DNA of 64,000 bases. Source: Neophaeotheca triangularis. Lineage: Eukaryota. The position numbers and the translations under genes are program-made. The stretch spans positions 558,001 to 622,000 of the forward strand of contig BAAIJX010000001.1 in NCBI GenBank assembly GCA_054600435.1. The letters run 5' to 3'. Position 1 is the first letter of the stretch. The number at the start of each line of letters is the position of its first letter. Below are positions 35,185 through 47,858 of this stretch, piece after piece. The notes under the pieces are model-generated. The model did not search any database. It was not told the origin of the DNA and worked only from the letters and a program-made list of their open reading frames with translations.

Positions 35185-36190
35185 TAGTGTACTACATAGA
35201 GCTGGCAAGTAATCAAACAACCGCCTGCTGGCCAGTGAACAGATGTGCTATGCGACTTGCTCTCCTGTGCGAGGGTAGGTTGTACCTTTAATGGTATCTA
35301 TCCGCTACTCTCACTCGCACTGCTCGCCCGGGACACGGTCTTCCATAATGGCGGAGTTTCACTGCTTGTACTCAGCGAACAAAGCCTGTCCCAAGAGTTT
35401 CTGTCGCGGGAAACTCAGAAAAGGGCGCTGGGAGCAAAAATGTCCATACGATAGCGTATAGTAATTCGAGCCAATCATGTGAGTCTGCTCCGGTCGGTAG
35501 GTAGCTGAACTGGCTCGCCGGAGAACAGCTGGACCCCTCGAAGGAGGGCGGATGTGAAAATCGGGTACCGTCCCTGGCGAATTCTGAACGTTCCAGGACT
35601 TTTTCACAGGGGCAGGTTTTGGAGAGACTACTGGGTGCAAGACGTACATTCACTAGCGTGGAGTGGTATCGGCCAATCACGAGGTATATGGCGGTATCTA
35701 GTGAGAGGGACTCGCTGGAGGTAGGGAGGTTGAGTGGAGGTTCAAGGACAGGCTCGAGTTGGGTTTGGACTTGTCCCCGGCGACCTGCTAAGAACTGTCC
35801 CCGCAAACCATAAAGGTCTTGTCAAATGCCATGCAGACACGGCGATCGTTGCGACAACATTACCCCGACGAAGCTTTTCCCTTCTTCTTGTCTGCGTTCA
35901 AGTGAAGTTCATGTCTGGGATATGCTTTCTAATTGGCTGATATGAGATAAGCTAGCTGCGGGCTTGGTCGGAGCTTCGGGGTCCAACGTACCCAGCACTC
36001 GAAACCTCTCATGGAATCACGAGCACTGCACGTCCGTCTCTCCTTCAACTTGTACTAGCATCGCACTCATCATCTCTACTCCGCTGCCACCTGCAAACTG
36101 CCGCCTTGGAGCGCCAGTAACCAACACCGAGAGCGGCGCTAAAAGCATGCTGCCCAAGACTCATCCACGATAGCAACCGCTTTGAAACCA

Positions 36191-37669
36191 ATGCAGCGCC
36201 CCCCATCGTTTCTCTCCAGAACGCTCAAAATGTCTCACGGCACAACCGCAAACCTCCCCCTCATAGCGGTCATAGGCGCAACAGGCACCGGAAAGTCACA
36301 AGTCAGCCGACGACCCACGCAAATCGCACGCCCTGCCAGCAATATAGCAAAACAACTGACACAGGTAGGTGAAAATTTGTAGTTGGCCATAGAAATCGCG
36401 CGGAAATACAATGGTGAAGTTATCAATGGCGATGCCATGCAATTGTACGACGGGCTGCCTGTGATTACGAACAAAGTCACGGAAGAAGAGCGCAAAGGTG
36501 TGCCCCATCATTTGCTAGGTAAGATTGGGTTGGATGAGCAGACGTGGGTTGTGGGGAAATTTGTGCGGAATGCTCTGGGTGTGGTTGAGGAGATCAGGGG
36601 GAGGGGAAAGCTGCCGGTGCTGGTTGGTGGGACACATTATTATACACAGAACCTGCTGTTTCGGGATCAGGAGCTTGGAGACCCTGGGGGGAATCAGGAA
36701 GGGGAAGAATATGTCGAGGCCAAGGAGGACAAGTGGCCGATACTGGGAGAGTCGACGGAGGTTGTGCATCAGGAGTTGAGGAGGGTTGATCCGGTCATGG
36801 CGGATAGATGGCACCCGAACGATCGGAGGAAGATTCAGCGGAGTTTGGAGCTGTTCTTGCAGACCGGGAGGAAGGCTTCGGATATTTATGCGGAACAGAG
36901 GCTTCGGAAGCAAGGGGCAGCAGGAGAGAGTGCTCATGGGTATGTTCCTTTCATGCGGTTTCGAACACTCATGCTTTGGGTCCATACGGATACGCCTGTA
37001 CTGCACGAACGGCTGGCGAATCGAGTAGACAAGATGCTAGACGCAGGATTACTCGAGGAAGTTCATACTCTGAATGCTTTCGCCGATCAACAAGCTTTGG
37101 CTGGACAACCTATGGACGAGACGAAAGGCATCTGGGTCAGCATTGGCTATAAAGAGTTCAAACCCTACCAACAAGCGCTCAACGATGGCGGACACAGCCA
37201 AGAAGACCTCGCAAAACTACATGCAGAAGCCGTTGAAAAGACAAAGATCGCCACACGCCAGTACTCGAAGAGCCAGATCCGCTGGATCCGCATCAAGCTC
37301 GTCAATGCCCTCGCTCAAGCAAATGCTTCCCAGTCTCTATATCTTCTAGACGCCTCTGATGCTCCGGCTTTCGATCAGGTTGTCGTGGAACCTGCTGTAG
37401 AACTGACGGGCAAGTTCTTGCGGTGCGAGAAAATGCCGGACGCCAAAACCCTCTCACCGCAGGCGAGCGAGCTGCTAGTGCCGAAGCGGAATTATGACCT
37501 GTCTGCTACGCCTGAGAAGTGGGCTAGACAGCATTGCGAGCTTTGCAATACGACTTGCGTGACCGAGGAGCAGTGGACGCAACATGTTAAGAGCAGGAGT
37601 CACCGCAGGCTTGTGAGCAAACAGAGGGAAATACAGGCTGCAGCTGAACGTCAAGACGGCATTGATTGA
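36191..37669 (+). CDS. MOD5: tRNA dimethylallyl(isopentenyl)transferase; intron 36302-36382; second in-frame ATG at 36230
   Basis: P-loop IAVIGATGTGKSQ|LA, INGDAMQLY..ITNK, VGGTHYY, WHPNDRRKIQR, SIGYKEF, TRQY, and a C-terminal zinc finger CELC..H..SRSH. Confidence 0.93.
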
Positions 37670-37700
37670 AGAATGCAATCGTAAGGCAATTCCACAAACC

Positions 37701-39387
37701 TCAGTGAGCCGCTTTCACAACGCTGCTCTCGACGTACTCCCAATAAGTCTTCGCAGAAAGCCGCCTCAACGTCTTCCCCTTCCATATCATCAGCAGGAAC
37801 GTCGCCATACACGCCAGCGACACGAACCCCGCCGTGATGAAGCAATCCTGCAACCCCATATCTGTATACCAGGGCGTGATAGCATAGCTAAACCCAAAAC
37901 CGATAGTGTTGCGAATGACCATGACGGAAGCCATCGACTCGCCCCCTATCTCTTTGAAACAGTCGACAGCGTAGGAGATGCCGATGCTGCCGCCTACGAT
38001 TAGCCCGAACACTAACATCCCGAGACCGAACACTAGCCCGATCCAATGAACGCCGTGATGCGCCCCGACCCCCCATGCAATGAGCCCTGCGCAAGATAGT
38101 ATGCCCGCGAGAGCGAGTTGCCAGAGCATCTGCTCCGGTTCTCTGATGCCGTTGTTACGCCGCGCGAGACGGATGGCGAGACGATCGGCAATGACGCCTC
38201 CCCAGAGGCATCCGAAGACAGCGCCGATGATGGGTCCGACGTAGACAGTGCCGACCAAGGCTGCTGACCAGTTGTAGGGAGGCGCGCTGAGGACAGGGCT
38301 CGTGGTGCCGTTGAGGACCTGGTACCAAGAGAGGTTTATGCCGTAGATGAAGCCGGCCCAGGCAATGTTGGGAAACTGCACGATGATGGCGAGTGGTCGG
38401 ACTGTCATCCAAAGCATTTGCTTGTTTGAGGGACGGCCGGGCAGTACGACAAATGGCTTCAGTTTCTGCAGGTAGGGGCGAGGTGCCGGGTAGCTGGTGC
38501 GAGGCTCTGATTTCTCTGACGCTACATCGCTGGCAATGCCCGCTGTAGTCTTCTCGCCAGACTTATTTTGGGTGATCTTAGCTTCTTGTCGAGAGTTCGC
38601 CGAGACTCCCGAGACCGTGTGCCGGATGTACATGGTCTCTTCCAAGCCGAAGGAAAGAATCACAAACGCCCCTGCTGCGACAAAAGCACCAAAATACATG
38701 GTCCAGCGCCATCCGAAAGCGTCATTGAACCAGCCGGCAATCAGAGGCGCTATAAAGTTCGACTCGAAAAGCACAAGCACATACACACCCATCCAGGTAC
38801 CGCGCTCGTGAGCGAAGAAAAGGTCCGGAATGGAGATTTCCGGCAAAGATTCGATAGGCGCTCCCGCAAGGCCAATGATGGTCCGATGAGCGTACCATTC
38901 TCCGGCCGAGCTCGAGTGCGCCGTCCACACGAGCACCGGCACCATGATTAGTAGCGAGATGAGGTACACGCCTCGCCTGCCGTAAGTCAAAGCCAGCGGC
39001 TGCCACAATAGACAGCCCCCTTTCTCAGTCAGCATACGCTTCGCACAGCTGAGAGCGCGAATCGCACTCACACCCTAGAAACAGAAACATCACGCCGTTG
39101 CCCTGCACCAACTCCGCCGTCGAGATTCCGGTGTCGGCGGTGATGTCTGCTATGACGGAATAATGGAGTGTAGTCGGGATGCCAACACCCAGCGTGTAGA
39201 CTATGGTCATTGCCAGAGCCCAGAATTTGCGCTTTCGAGACCACCGCAAAGGGTCTTCGGGGTCGTCGCTCGGAGTGGGGATGAGCACTATGTCATCTTT
39301 ATTCTTCGAGGAAAGCCCGCCGGCTTCATGGGCGATGTTGTCTACGAGTTGCACTGTGCCGGGCACGTCATCGATGGGTGGACTCAT
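37701..39387 (-). CDS. MFS transporter (DHA1/HOL1-like); intron 39020-39071
   Basis: LIPTPSDDPEDPLRWS, FLG|WGCLLWQPLALTYGRR, DLFFAHERG, WRW, EETMY; 12-TM pattern. Confidence 0.88.
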
Positions 39388-40154
39388 TTTGGTGATGTGA
39401 AAAACGGAAGATATGTCTCAGGGACGCAACACGAGAGGAGCACGCAGCTTTTGTCTTTTTCATTTTGATTGCATTGCTGCTAACCATCCGACGACGACGC
39501 TGTACATCGCTGAGCCATGGCGATACTCCACTATGATAACGCTACGGCACCCATGAAGGCAAAAGCAGGCCAAGACAAGTCGCTGAGCGCCGGTAACCCT
39601 TTGCCAGCCGGGTATCTGCAGTCTCTTTGTACTTGACGCTACGTCCAGCCAATGATTTGACTGGTGATCCGAAAATACAGCGATATCATGCGTGATTTGG
39701 TCAGTGTAGGATCCAAAATGTGATATGCTTGGGCGGGGGAAAGCGAGCCCGCTCCCACATGGCGCTCTTTTTGACGGAGGGCAGCCTCACAATCGTGCTT
39801 TAACCCCATGATTTCTCACTCCCTGACTCCAGGCATCCAGTAGTGGCATCCCTGGAGACAGCTCATGTGGGGGTTGAAGGAGCTTTATCTGCAGATACCT
39901 GCCTTATCAACCAAGTGTTATCGCTGGGCGCGGGGGGAACTCCGCAGATACCGTATGTGATATGCACCCAGCACGATAGCCGTGACGATACCTTAGCTGT
40001 CGATGGAATGTGGGTGCCGTAATGCAAGGTCAATTGTGGTTGAGGGTGTCGTCCCAGTGTGTAAATACTCGGCAGGTTGTTCCTCCAGCCTGAGCTTCGA
40101 ACACAGCTTCTGAAGCCGACTTGCACACGACTTCCCATAATCACCTCGACCGCG

Positions 40155-41551
40155 ATGCTGAACGCTCAAGCCTTCAGACCCCGGGTGGGTAGATCCATCA
40201 GACAACTCGTGCGGACTTATACGGATGTCAACGCACCTGCTGCGCAAACATTACAAATCAATGGTGACCGTCTCTGGTATGGTACAGCGATTTAACAAAA
40301 GGAAGCTCTAATACTCACAGACTCTTGCTCAGGGAGAACATTCACTTTACTGCGCAATGGAGCGTTCCGAACACGGCCACAGAAAAGGGTGGATTGTCGA
40401 GATTGAGTGGCACTCCAGAGGACAAGTCAGCAAGAGACTGGTTCCGCGATCAAGTCAAGGCTCTCGGAGGCAAGTACACAGTCAATGCAACGGGTTCGCA
40501 ATTCGCAACCTTTCCTGGTCAGAACAATAATATTCCGCCAATCGCCATGGGCTCGCATCTTGACTCCGTGGCCACTGGGGGTCGCTTTGATGGGCCACTT
40601 GGGGTTCTCGGCGCGCTGGAGGCCTTCAGGAGCATGAAGGAACAAGGCATTGATACGTATGCTCCTATAACGCTTATCAACTGGACGAACGAAGAGGGCG
40701 CTCGCTTCTTCCCACCGCTTGGCTCCTCGGTTGTCTATGCAGGCCAGAGCGATGTATCCGCAGCACACACAAGCCTGGCGAACAACGGCAGTGGCGAGAC
40801 GCTGGGACAGGCGTTGGAGGCTATTGGGTACGTCGGTAGCGGTCCGAATACCTTTGAGGAATTTCCGATTTCAGCACATTTCGAGATCCATGTCGAGCAA
40901 GCCAAGACACTCGAGAAGGCCGGCAAACCGGTAGGCTGGGTGGAAGGATGGCAGGGCATCCATTACTTCGAAGTCGCGTTGCAAGGCGAGAACGGGCATG
41001 CCAACACCTATCCGATGCATGGCCGACGAGATACGCTTGTAGGTGCGGGCAAGATCATCACGGCCTTGGACCAGTTGGCGTACGACTGCAACGGCTATAC
41101 CACAGTCACCAACATCCAATCGGGACCGGTGGGAGCTTGCAACATCCAGTCGGATACCAAGATGGTGTTTTGTCTGATGCACCCGGATGCAGATTCCCTC
41201 ATCGACATGGAAAAGGCGATCAGGAAGGAAATCAAGAGCGTAGCCTCCATGCATGGCCTGGGATGGAACATCGAGCGCATCCTCGAGCTTTGGCCGGGCA
41301 AATTTGGGGAAGAAGCTGTCGACTGCGTCAAGCGCGCGTGTGGTGATAGAGGGATCGGAGCCAGGACCGATACTGCTCACGACAGCACCATGACCCAGCT
41401 AGTGTGTCCGACGGCCATGGTGTTTGCAAGGGGCAAGGACGGCATTTCTCATGCGCCAGAGGAATGGACGAGCAAAGAAGACTGTGCCGAGAGTGCTCTG
41501 GTTCTTGGCCGAGCAGTGTTGAACTTGGATGCCCTGCTTCGGGCGAAGTGA
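40155..41551 (+). CDS. M20-family Zn amidohydrolase (N-carbamoyl-amino-acid hydrolase / beta-ureidopropionase-like); intron 40277-40332
   Basis: INGDRLW, MGSHLDSVATGGRFDGPLGV, NWTNEEGARF, HFEIHVEQ, GHANT, AHDS, GISHAPEE. Arg-rich, acid-free N-terminus. Confidence 0.9.
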
Positions 41552-42551
41552 AGATGAAGATGAATAATAGCCATATCTCATTTGACTGGCCGGCAGTGTT
41601 TGCGTAACGTGATTGAACGGATAATGAATATCGGGTTGGAGTGGAAACCAATGTGATATCTCTTCGTCTAGGCAGACTAGGCTGGGCCTCTTTCTTTTGT
41701 TGAAGGCAGAAGAAACCGTTCGAGCCGTGCAAGACAGGAAATACCTGCCTACTTTGTAATCGGAGATGACTCGCCGAAAGGTGCCGATGATTTACCTCAG
41801 TCCCAAGCTTCTCCAAGCCCCGCCGCTGCCGTAGCTTAAAAGAGACTGCAACGCCACCATCCGCTCTCTGAAGACATTTTTCGACAGGTAGCATTATTAT
41901 TATTATTATACCACGGCAGCGAGAGCTGGTAGTAAGCAACAATCAAGTACCTTCCATGCATACTCAAAGACCTTCGACGTTGATGATGATTAGCAGCTGC
42001 ACTTCTCCGCAACCCGGTGGGCGGAATGCGAAAGGCCCGACCTCTATACCAATTACGTACTCACAAGGACAGAGTTTGCTGTTGGGGCCGCAAAGCCCTT
42101 ACAATGGTCAGCACGCTTTCTCAAATTGATGATGTGCTGGCTGCTCCAGGTCCAGCCCTGTCACCTCAGCACCTGTCTCATTCTCATCAGGCTGTCGGGT
42201 CGCCCTGAGTCCTGCCCTCGAGAAATACCTCGTGTCTCGTACCTCCTAGCCGGTGCCGAAGAATTGACGCCATGAGCTGCTCAGCAGTAGTAGCCCAGTC
42301 TGTGGGCCCAGGACGACGCCCCGGAGACAAGTAGTCGCGTGCAGCGTGCTTACTAGATCTCGCACCACACGGGCAAGCGCGAAAATACAACGTGCCCCTG
42401 CGACTTGAACCTCTGCTTATCCCTCTGTTCTTCTTTATATAAGGGCAGACCGCTTTCCCTCCGTCTATTCCCCGACTCTCCCCAGAAACTGCTCCTTTGC
42501 CACCTTGATCGACCGCAGCATTCCAGTCTTCTCACAACCAATTATTCAAGT

Positions 42552-44009
42552 ATGGATACCCGCAATGGCGTCTTTCCGCCTCCAGGCTTTGTCGCGCAGG
42601 GCGACCCTCAGGACGATGGCCACTCTCCAGCGAAGCTCAGCGACGAGGAGAAAGCTTCCTACGGCAAGCGTGATTCTTCCAGCCAAGGTGCTGGTGATCT
42701 CGCCCAACATGCTTCGGTGAATGAAGGAGAGCAGAAGTTTCATCAACTTGGATGGAAGCGCCTGACCGTTTGCTTGATCGTGGAGGCCATTGCCCTCGGC
42801 TCGCTCAGTGTACCAAGCGCATTCGCCACGCTCGGTATGGTCCCTGGCGTTCTATTGACCATCGGTCTGGGTTTCGTCGCCATCTACACTTCCTACGTTG
42901 TCGGTCAGGTCAAGATGCGGTACCCGCACATTCAGCACTACGCAGACGCCGTCAAGCTCATCTGGGGCCGATTCGGGTACGAGCTCACCGGAGCCATGTT
43001 CGTCCTGTTTTTGGTCCTTCTCGTGGGCTCTCACGCCCTTACCGGCACTATTGCTTTTGTCAACATCATCAGCCAGCCCGGAATTTGCGCGCTCGTTTGG
43101 AGTGTTATCTCGGCCATTATCCTTTTCTTGTTGGCGCTGCCACCAACTTTTGCCGAATTTGCTTGGTTGGGCTACGTCGACTTTGCCAGTATTATCATCG
43201 CTATTGGCATCACTGTCATCGCTACCGGCATCCAAGCTGGCGATCAAACCGGGGGCTTGGACGCTGTGAATTGGTCTGCCTGGCCACAGGATGGTGTCAC
43301 GCTCTACCAGGGATTCCTATCCTGCACCAACATCATCTTCGCTTACTCTTTCGCTGTTTGCCAGTTCAGCTTCATGTCTGAAATGCATACGCCAAGGGAT
43401 TACGTTAAGTCGATTTGGGCTCTCGGGCTGATTGAGATTTTCATCTACACCCTTACTGGCGCTCTGGTGTACGCTTTCGTGGGACAAGACGTTAAGAGTC
43501 CCGCTCTACTCTCGGCTGGCACACTCGTCTCACGTATCGCTTTCGGCATCGCGCTTCCAGTCATCTTCATCTCGGGAAGCATCAACGGCATCGTCGTGGG
43601 GCGTTACATCCTCGAGCGCGCGTTCCGTCACTCCCCCATTCGCTACATCAACAGCTTCGCCGGCTGGACTGTCTGGATCGTCCTCATCGCGATTATCACC
43701 GTTATCGCCTGGGTAATCGCCGAAGCTATTCCCTTCTTCAACGCGCTGCTTGGTCTTATCTCAAGTTTGTTCATCAGTGGATTCACTTTCTACTTCCCAG
43801 CGCTCTTCTGGTTTATGCTCATCAAGGAGGGCAAATGGAACGACGGCTGGAAGAATATCACCTTGTCTGTTCTGAACGCGGTGATCTTTTGCATGGGCCT
43901 CGCCATCCTGGGTCTGGGAACTTACGCCAGTGTTCAGGACATCATCGTCCAGTACAATGACGGCGACGTTCGTACTTCTTTTACGTGCGATGCCAACTCA
44001 TACACTTAA
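42552..44009 (+). CDS. AAAP-family neutral amino acid permease (Neurospora Mtr-like)
   Basis: LGWKRLTVCLIVEAIALGSLSVPSAF, FAYSFAVCQFSFMSEM, IAEAIPFF; TATATAA at about 42437. Confidence 0.9.
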   Translation: MDTRNGVFPPPGFVAQGDPQDDGHSPAKLSDEEKASYGKRDSSSQGAGDLAQHASVNEGEQKFHQLGWKRLTVCLIVEAIALGSLSVPSAFATLGMVPGVLLTIGLGFVAIYTSYVVGQVKMRYPHIQHYADAVKLIWGRFGYELTGAMFVLFLVLLVGSHALTGTIAFVNIISQPGICALVWSVISAIILFLLALPPTFAEFAWLGYVDFASIIIAIGITVIATGIQAGDQTGGLDAVNWSAWPQDGVTLYQGFLSCTNIIFAYSFAVCQFSFMSEMHTPRDYVKSIWALGLIEIFIYTLTGALVYAFVGQDVKSPALLSAGTLVSRIAFGIALPVIFISGSINGIVVGRYILERAFRHSPIRYINSFAGWTVWIVLIAIITVIAWVIAEAIPFFNALLGLISSLFISGFTFYFPALFWFMLIKEGKWNDGWKNITLSVLNAVIFCMGLAILGLGTYASVQDIIVQYNDGDVRTSFTCDANSYT

Positions 44010-44486
44010 AGGAACCTGGTTGGTTTTGTTTTGGGAGAGTCGGGTTGGGTTTGGTTGCCGCGGTTTAGCGCTTGTACCTATTGCTAGTATCATGACTTTA
44101 TGTTCTACGAACGTCACACAAAGTACTCCAGCATTCTTGCGTGTCAGTAGTAATGCCTCACAACGTTTTCAATAAATAGTGACCGCATCAATTACTATAT
44201 TAAACTTCCGACGTCACTTCCTAATGCGGCCGCTCCCTTTCCCTCTGCAGGTGCTCTTCGCGCTTCTTGTTTAACCACCACTGCCCCGCAGACGTCATGG
44301 TACTTTGCGCATCTTCAGGCTCAGGGCAAGTATTCTACAACAAACAGCTCCCAAGGTTCCCTCCTGAGCCTGCTTATCCAACAATCTGTTGCCAACAATC
44401 TTCACTTTGCTGAAACTCAATCATCGGGCCCCTTTTTGTCTTTCCCCTTGAGCATGAGGTCGCGCTAAGCCTCACAAAACACAGAC

Positions 44487-46563
44487 ATGGCAGCAAGCGA
44501 AGCACTCACCCCGGCGCAATCCGCAGCCCTCTTCGACATCCTTACACACCGCGAGAGCTACGATGAGATCGAGGACTTCAAGGAACCAGGTGCTATCCAC
44601 CAGTACGGTCCACCGTTCCAGGACGAAGTCACCAAGTCCAAGGCGCCGATACTGCAAACGCTCCTCTCAAAGTTCATACTGAAGCTGCCGGGCTTACGCG
44701 AAGTTCCACCCACCTTCTGGAAGACGCAGATAGCAGACTTGATCGACGAGCTCAGCCAGGCGCAGTTGAGCGAAAGCTACGACAAGGGCATACTGGGGAT
44801 AAGGAAGACATTCGCTACTGCTATATCCGCTCTGATAGAGTACCCGACAAGAGCCAGTCTGGGAGGTTTCCCCAAGACGGATTTCGACGCTTCCCGCAAA
44901 TACGATACCTCGAATCCGGAAGATGTGCTGCAGGCGTGGCAGGATTGCTTGCAAGCGTTGGTCTATGGAGACCTCATCGACAAGTTATTTGCGAAGGCGG
45001 CGGAGACGGATGATTTGAAACAGCATGATACACTGGTGCAAGGCATGCACGAATTCGTGCTCGTAAAGTAGGCCCATCATGTCAGCTCTGGCCTAGGCTA
45101 TCGGCGTTCTCCAGGACTGATATGCTGACAAGAAGGCAGTCTTGCGTCGTTCATGCACTATACTCTCGTGCTATCCCCCGAAGGGCCATCCATTCTGCGC
45201 ATGATCGATGGTGTCCACAGAATGATACCTTATACCGTTATGCGACAGACTTTGAAGATTGGAAATGTGGCCAGCATGATAAGTGCCATGGTCCGGGTCA
45301 TCCTCGCCAAGGTCAGTATGGCCAGTGTGACAAACTGGATTGGTTTAAGTAGCGGCGCGGACGAGGGCATGAATCTACTCCAGCAGTAAGTATCAGTTGG
45401 AGGAATCCCCCAAAGAGTATCGAGCTGACGGTCTGCCCAGGATCATCTCTCAGGTACTTGGGTGGGACAAAAGTCAACTGAAGAAACGCGCCGAGAAGAT
45501 CGAAAAGGAGAAAGATGGACCACCAAAAGCCGTTCGTGAGGAGCTGCGAAAGTGGATCAACTCTCCGCGAGCAGAACAAGATGCCTGCAGACAGCAGAGC
45601 CAGCAACAGGAGATGTCCATCGTCACTACTATCCTTGCTTTTTCGCCAACTTCCGTCGAGCTTTCTGAAGCTCAGCACGACAAGGCGCAAGACTACCTCA
45701 CTCTGAACTTGGCCATCCGTGACCGCGACGAAATCATCCGCGTGCTCTGCAAACGCAATCCGGACCATCTCTCCCAAGCCATCAGAACTGGCGTCGACGC
45801 GTATACTCCCATGATACGGCTAGTGCACCAGTCGGTCAACCTGGCCGACACACTTTGGGATCTCGAGAGGTTCATAACAGACATGCTCAAGATGTCTAAA
45901 CCAACCGGTCAGAAGGGTCAAGAGAAACCGCCAAGCGTCGAGGACTACGTAGATCTCCTGCACCGCCACATGGGAAGCACGCACAAATTCCTCCACCAAG
46001 TTGCCAAGAACGGCAAAGAAGTGACGAAATGGTGGCAAGACTACGTTCACATGGCGGCCTCGCATTTCCGCGTCGGGGAAAAGCCACCAAACACAGACTC
46101 AGTCGTGCCCGAGAAGATCGCCACCGAGGGCGTGCAACCCGAGCTGGAGGCGACTTTCAAAAATCTCAGCGACGCCGACAAACAAGCCGTCAGCGTCGAG
46201 CTGGACGCCTACCGCAAGTACATCGACGACTTGCACTCCGCCTCGGCCGCACGTATCGGCGAAGTCATCAAGCGCACGCACACTTCGCCGTACGGGCCTG
46301 GTGCGTACCTCGCCCGCTGGCAGCATCTGCTGGATACCACAAAAGTCACTCCGGCGAAACCGCGGGGCCCTGTCAGGTACGGCAACAGCAAGAGCGTCAA
46401 GGAAGCTGGGAGAAAGGATGTCGATGGCCAGGAGGCCGGCTTTGTCACGGAAGAGCAGGCGGAGAAATTGGTGGATGAGCAGACGCCTAATGCGCCGATT
46501 ACGGAAGCTACGCTGAGGTTGTTTGGGAAGAGTTTCAAGGAGATTCTTGGGGGGACAGTATGA
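44487..46563 (+). CDS. PX-associated / DUF3818-domain protein; introns 45068-45139 and 45386-45440
   Basis: LTPAQSAALFDILTH, LSESYDKG.LG.RK, IPYTVMRQTLKIGN, GMNLLQQ|IISQVL, GPGAYLARWQ; exons join in frame. Confidence 0.75.
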
Positions 46564-47256
46564 GATGGCTGCGGGTCGTATAGGGCGAGCGTGCATTTTG
46601 GGTTTGGGGGATATGGGTTTTCCTAGCGATGCATTGGGTTCCATGGTATGGGTGTGGGAGTGCGAGTTCGGTCTGTACCTAAATCATCGGGTCTATATTC
46701 TTTGGGCTTCTCTAAGGCTTTTCCTTCTCTCTTGCTACCTCGAGGTGATATCGCTGACGTTACAGTCTACTTGGGCAAACTGGCCAATCAAAAAGTTCCA
46801 TTCCACGGCCCGACTGTCTTACGGGAATCCTTGCTGCCAGGAAGCGCCCAATTGCTGGGATGCTGACTACCACGCTCATGCACGCCTACTTGATACATTC
46901 TCAAGCCCCCAATGTAAAGTTTAGCGCGCATTACCGGATCTTCTACTCTACCCTTAGCCCTCCGCTCCCTGTGTGTTCTCTCCACTGCAAGGAACAAAAC
47001 ATCCAAGTTCAACTGGAGCTCCTAATTATTCTGGCTCTTTAATCGTTCCTCGACAAAATCCACAACGATCCATGGTTCCTGCTATCCCAGCCCTTACCCT
47101 CTACACTACTTGGTCGACACTTGCTCGTGGTCGTACCAGTAGTCCAGCCAAGCACAGAAGCTACCTATCAAAAAGCACTTGCCATTAACGGACTCCACTG
47201 ACTTCTCTTGGCAGTACTCAAAAAATTTGGCAGAAAAGAAAAAGAAAGGGCAAAAA

Positions 47257-47375
47257 ACATACAACAGGTGGGATTCCCACGTGGTCACCCACCGTAGTAC
47301 TAGTCACCCGCTTCAGTGCTTGAATATGGCAGAGCGGACGGGATGCCTTAGATTCACTGAGCTGTGGTCGTATGT
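47257..47375 (-). rRNA. 5S rRNA, copy 1 (119 nt)
   Basis: ACATACGACCA...CCCGTCCGCTC...TAGTACT...GTGACCAC..GGAATCC...TGTTGTATGT. Terminal helix pairs; followed by an oligo-T Pol III terminator. Confidence 0.95.
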
Positions 47376-47739
47376 GGCAGCCTAGACAGCTTTAACATTC
47401 ATAATAGCTATTTTGCAGCCTTTGAAGATGACCAGTGCAAGTGCGACTGAAGAAAATCTTGAAATTACAAGAAGCTTGGTGTTTGGGCTCGCCTTGGTAC
47501 AAACTATGCCTTTTCAATCAATTACGGTTGTCGTAACAAGGCACGATACGTATATCGTCGTGAAATTCGTGCTTCGAGAACTGGTAGCTGGCCAGCTAAA
47601 GTGTACCTTTAGGTGCTCGGGTCCGAGTCACGGTATATCTTGAGCTAAGTTAGTTGATACATGTCCACGCTGTAGCCGTCTCCTCGATCGCACCTTCTTA
47701 TTGAAAATGTATATATACGCGCACATAGCTGCACCTTAC

Positions 47740-47858
47740 AGATACGACCATAGCTCAGTGAATCTAAGGCATCCCGTCCGCTCTGCCATATTCAAGCACT
47801 GAAGCGGGTGATTAGTACTACGGTGGGTGACCACGTGGGAATCCCACCTGTTGTATCT
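47740..47858 (+). rRNA. 5S rRNA, copy 2 (119 nt, variant)
   Basis: Four differences from copies 1 and 3. TATATATA at about -30; T-runs downstream. Confidence 0.95.

Noticed and set aside
35245..36173. Short ORFs between POL12 and MOD5
   Set aside because: No coherent exon chain or motif could be built; may be a remnant but is unsupported.
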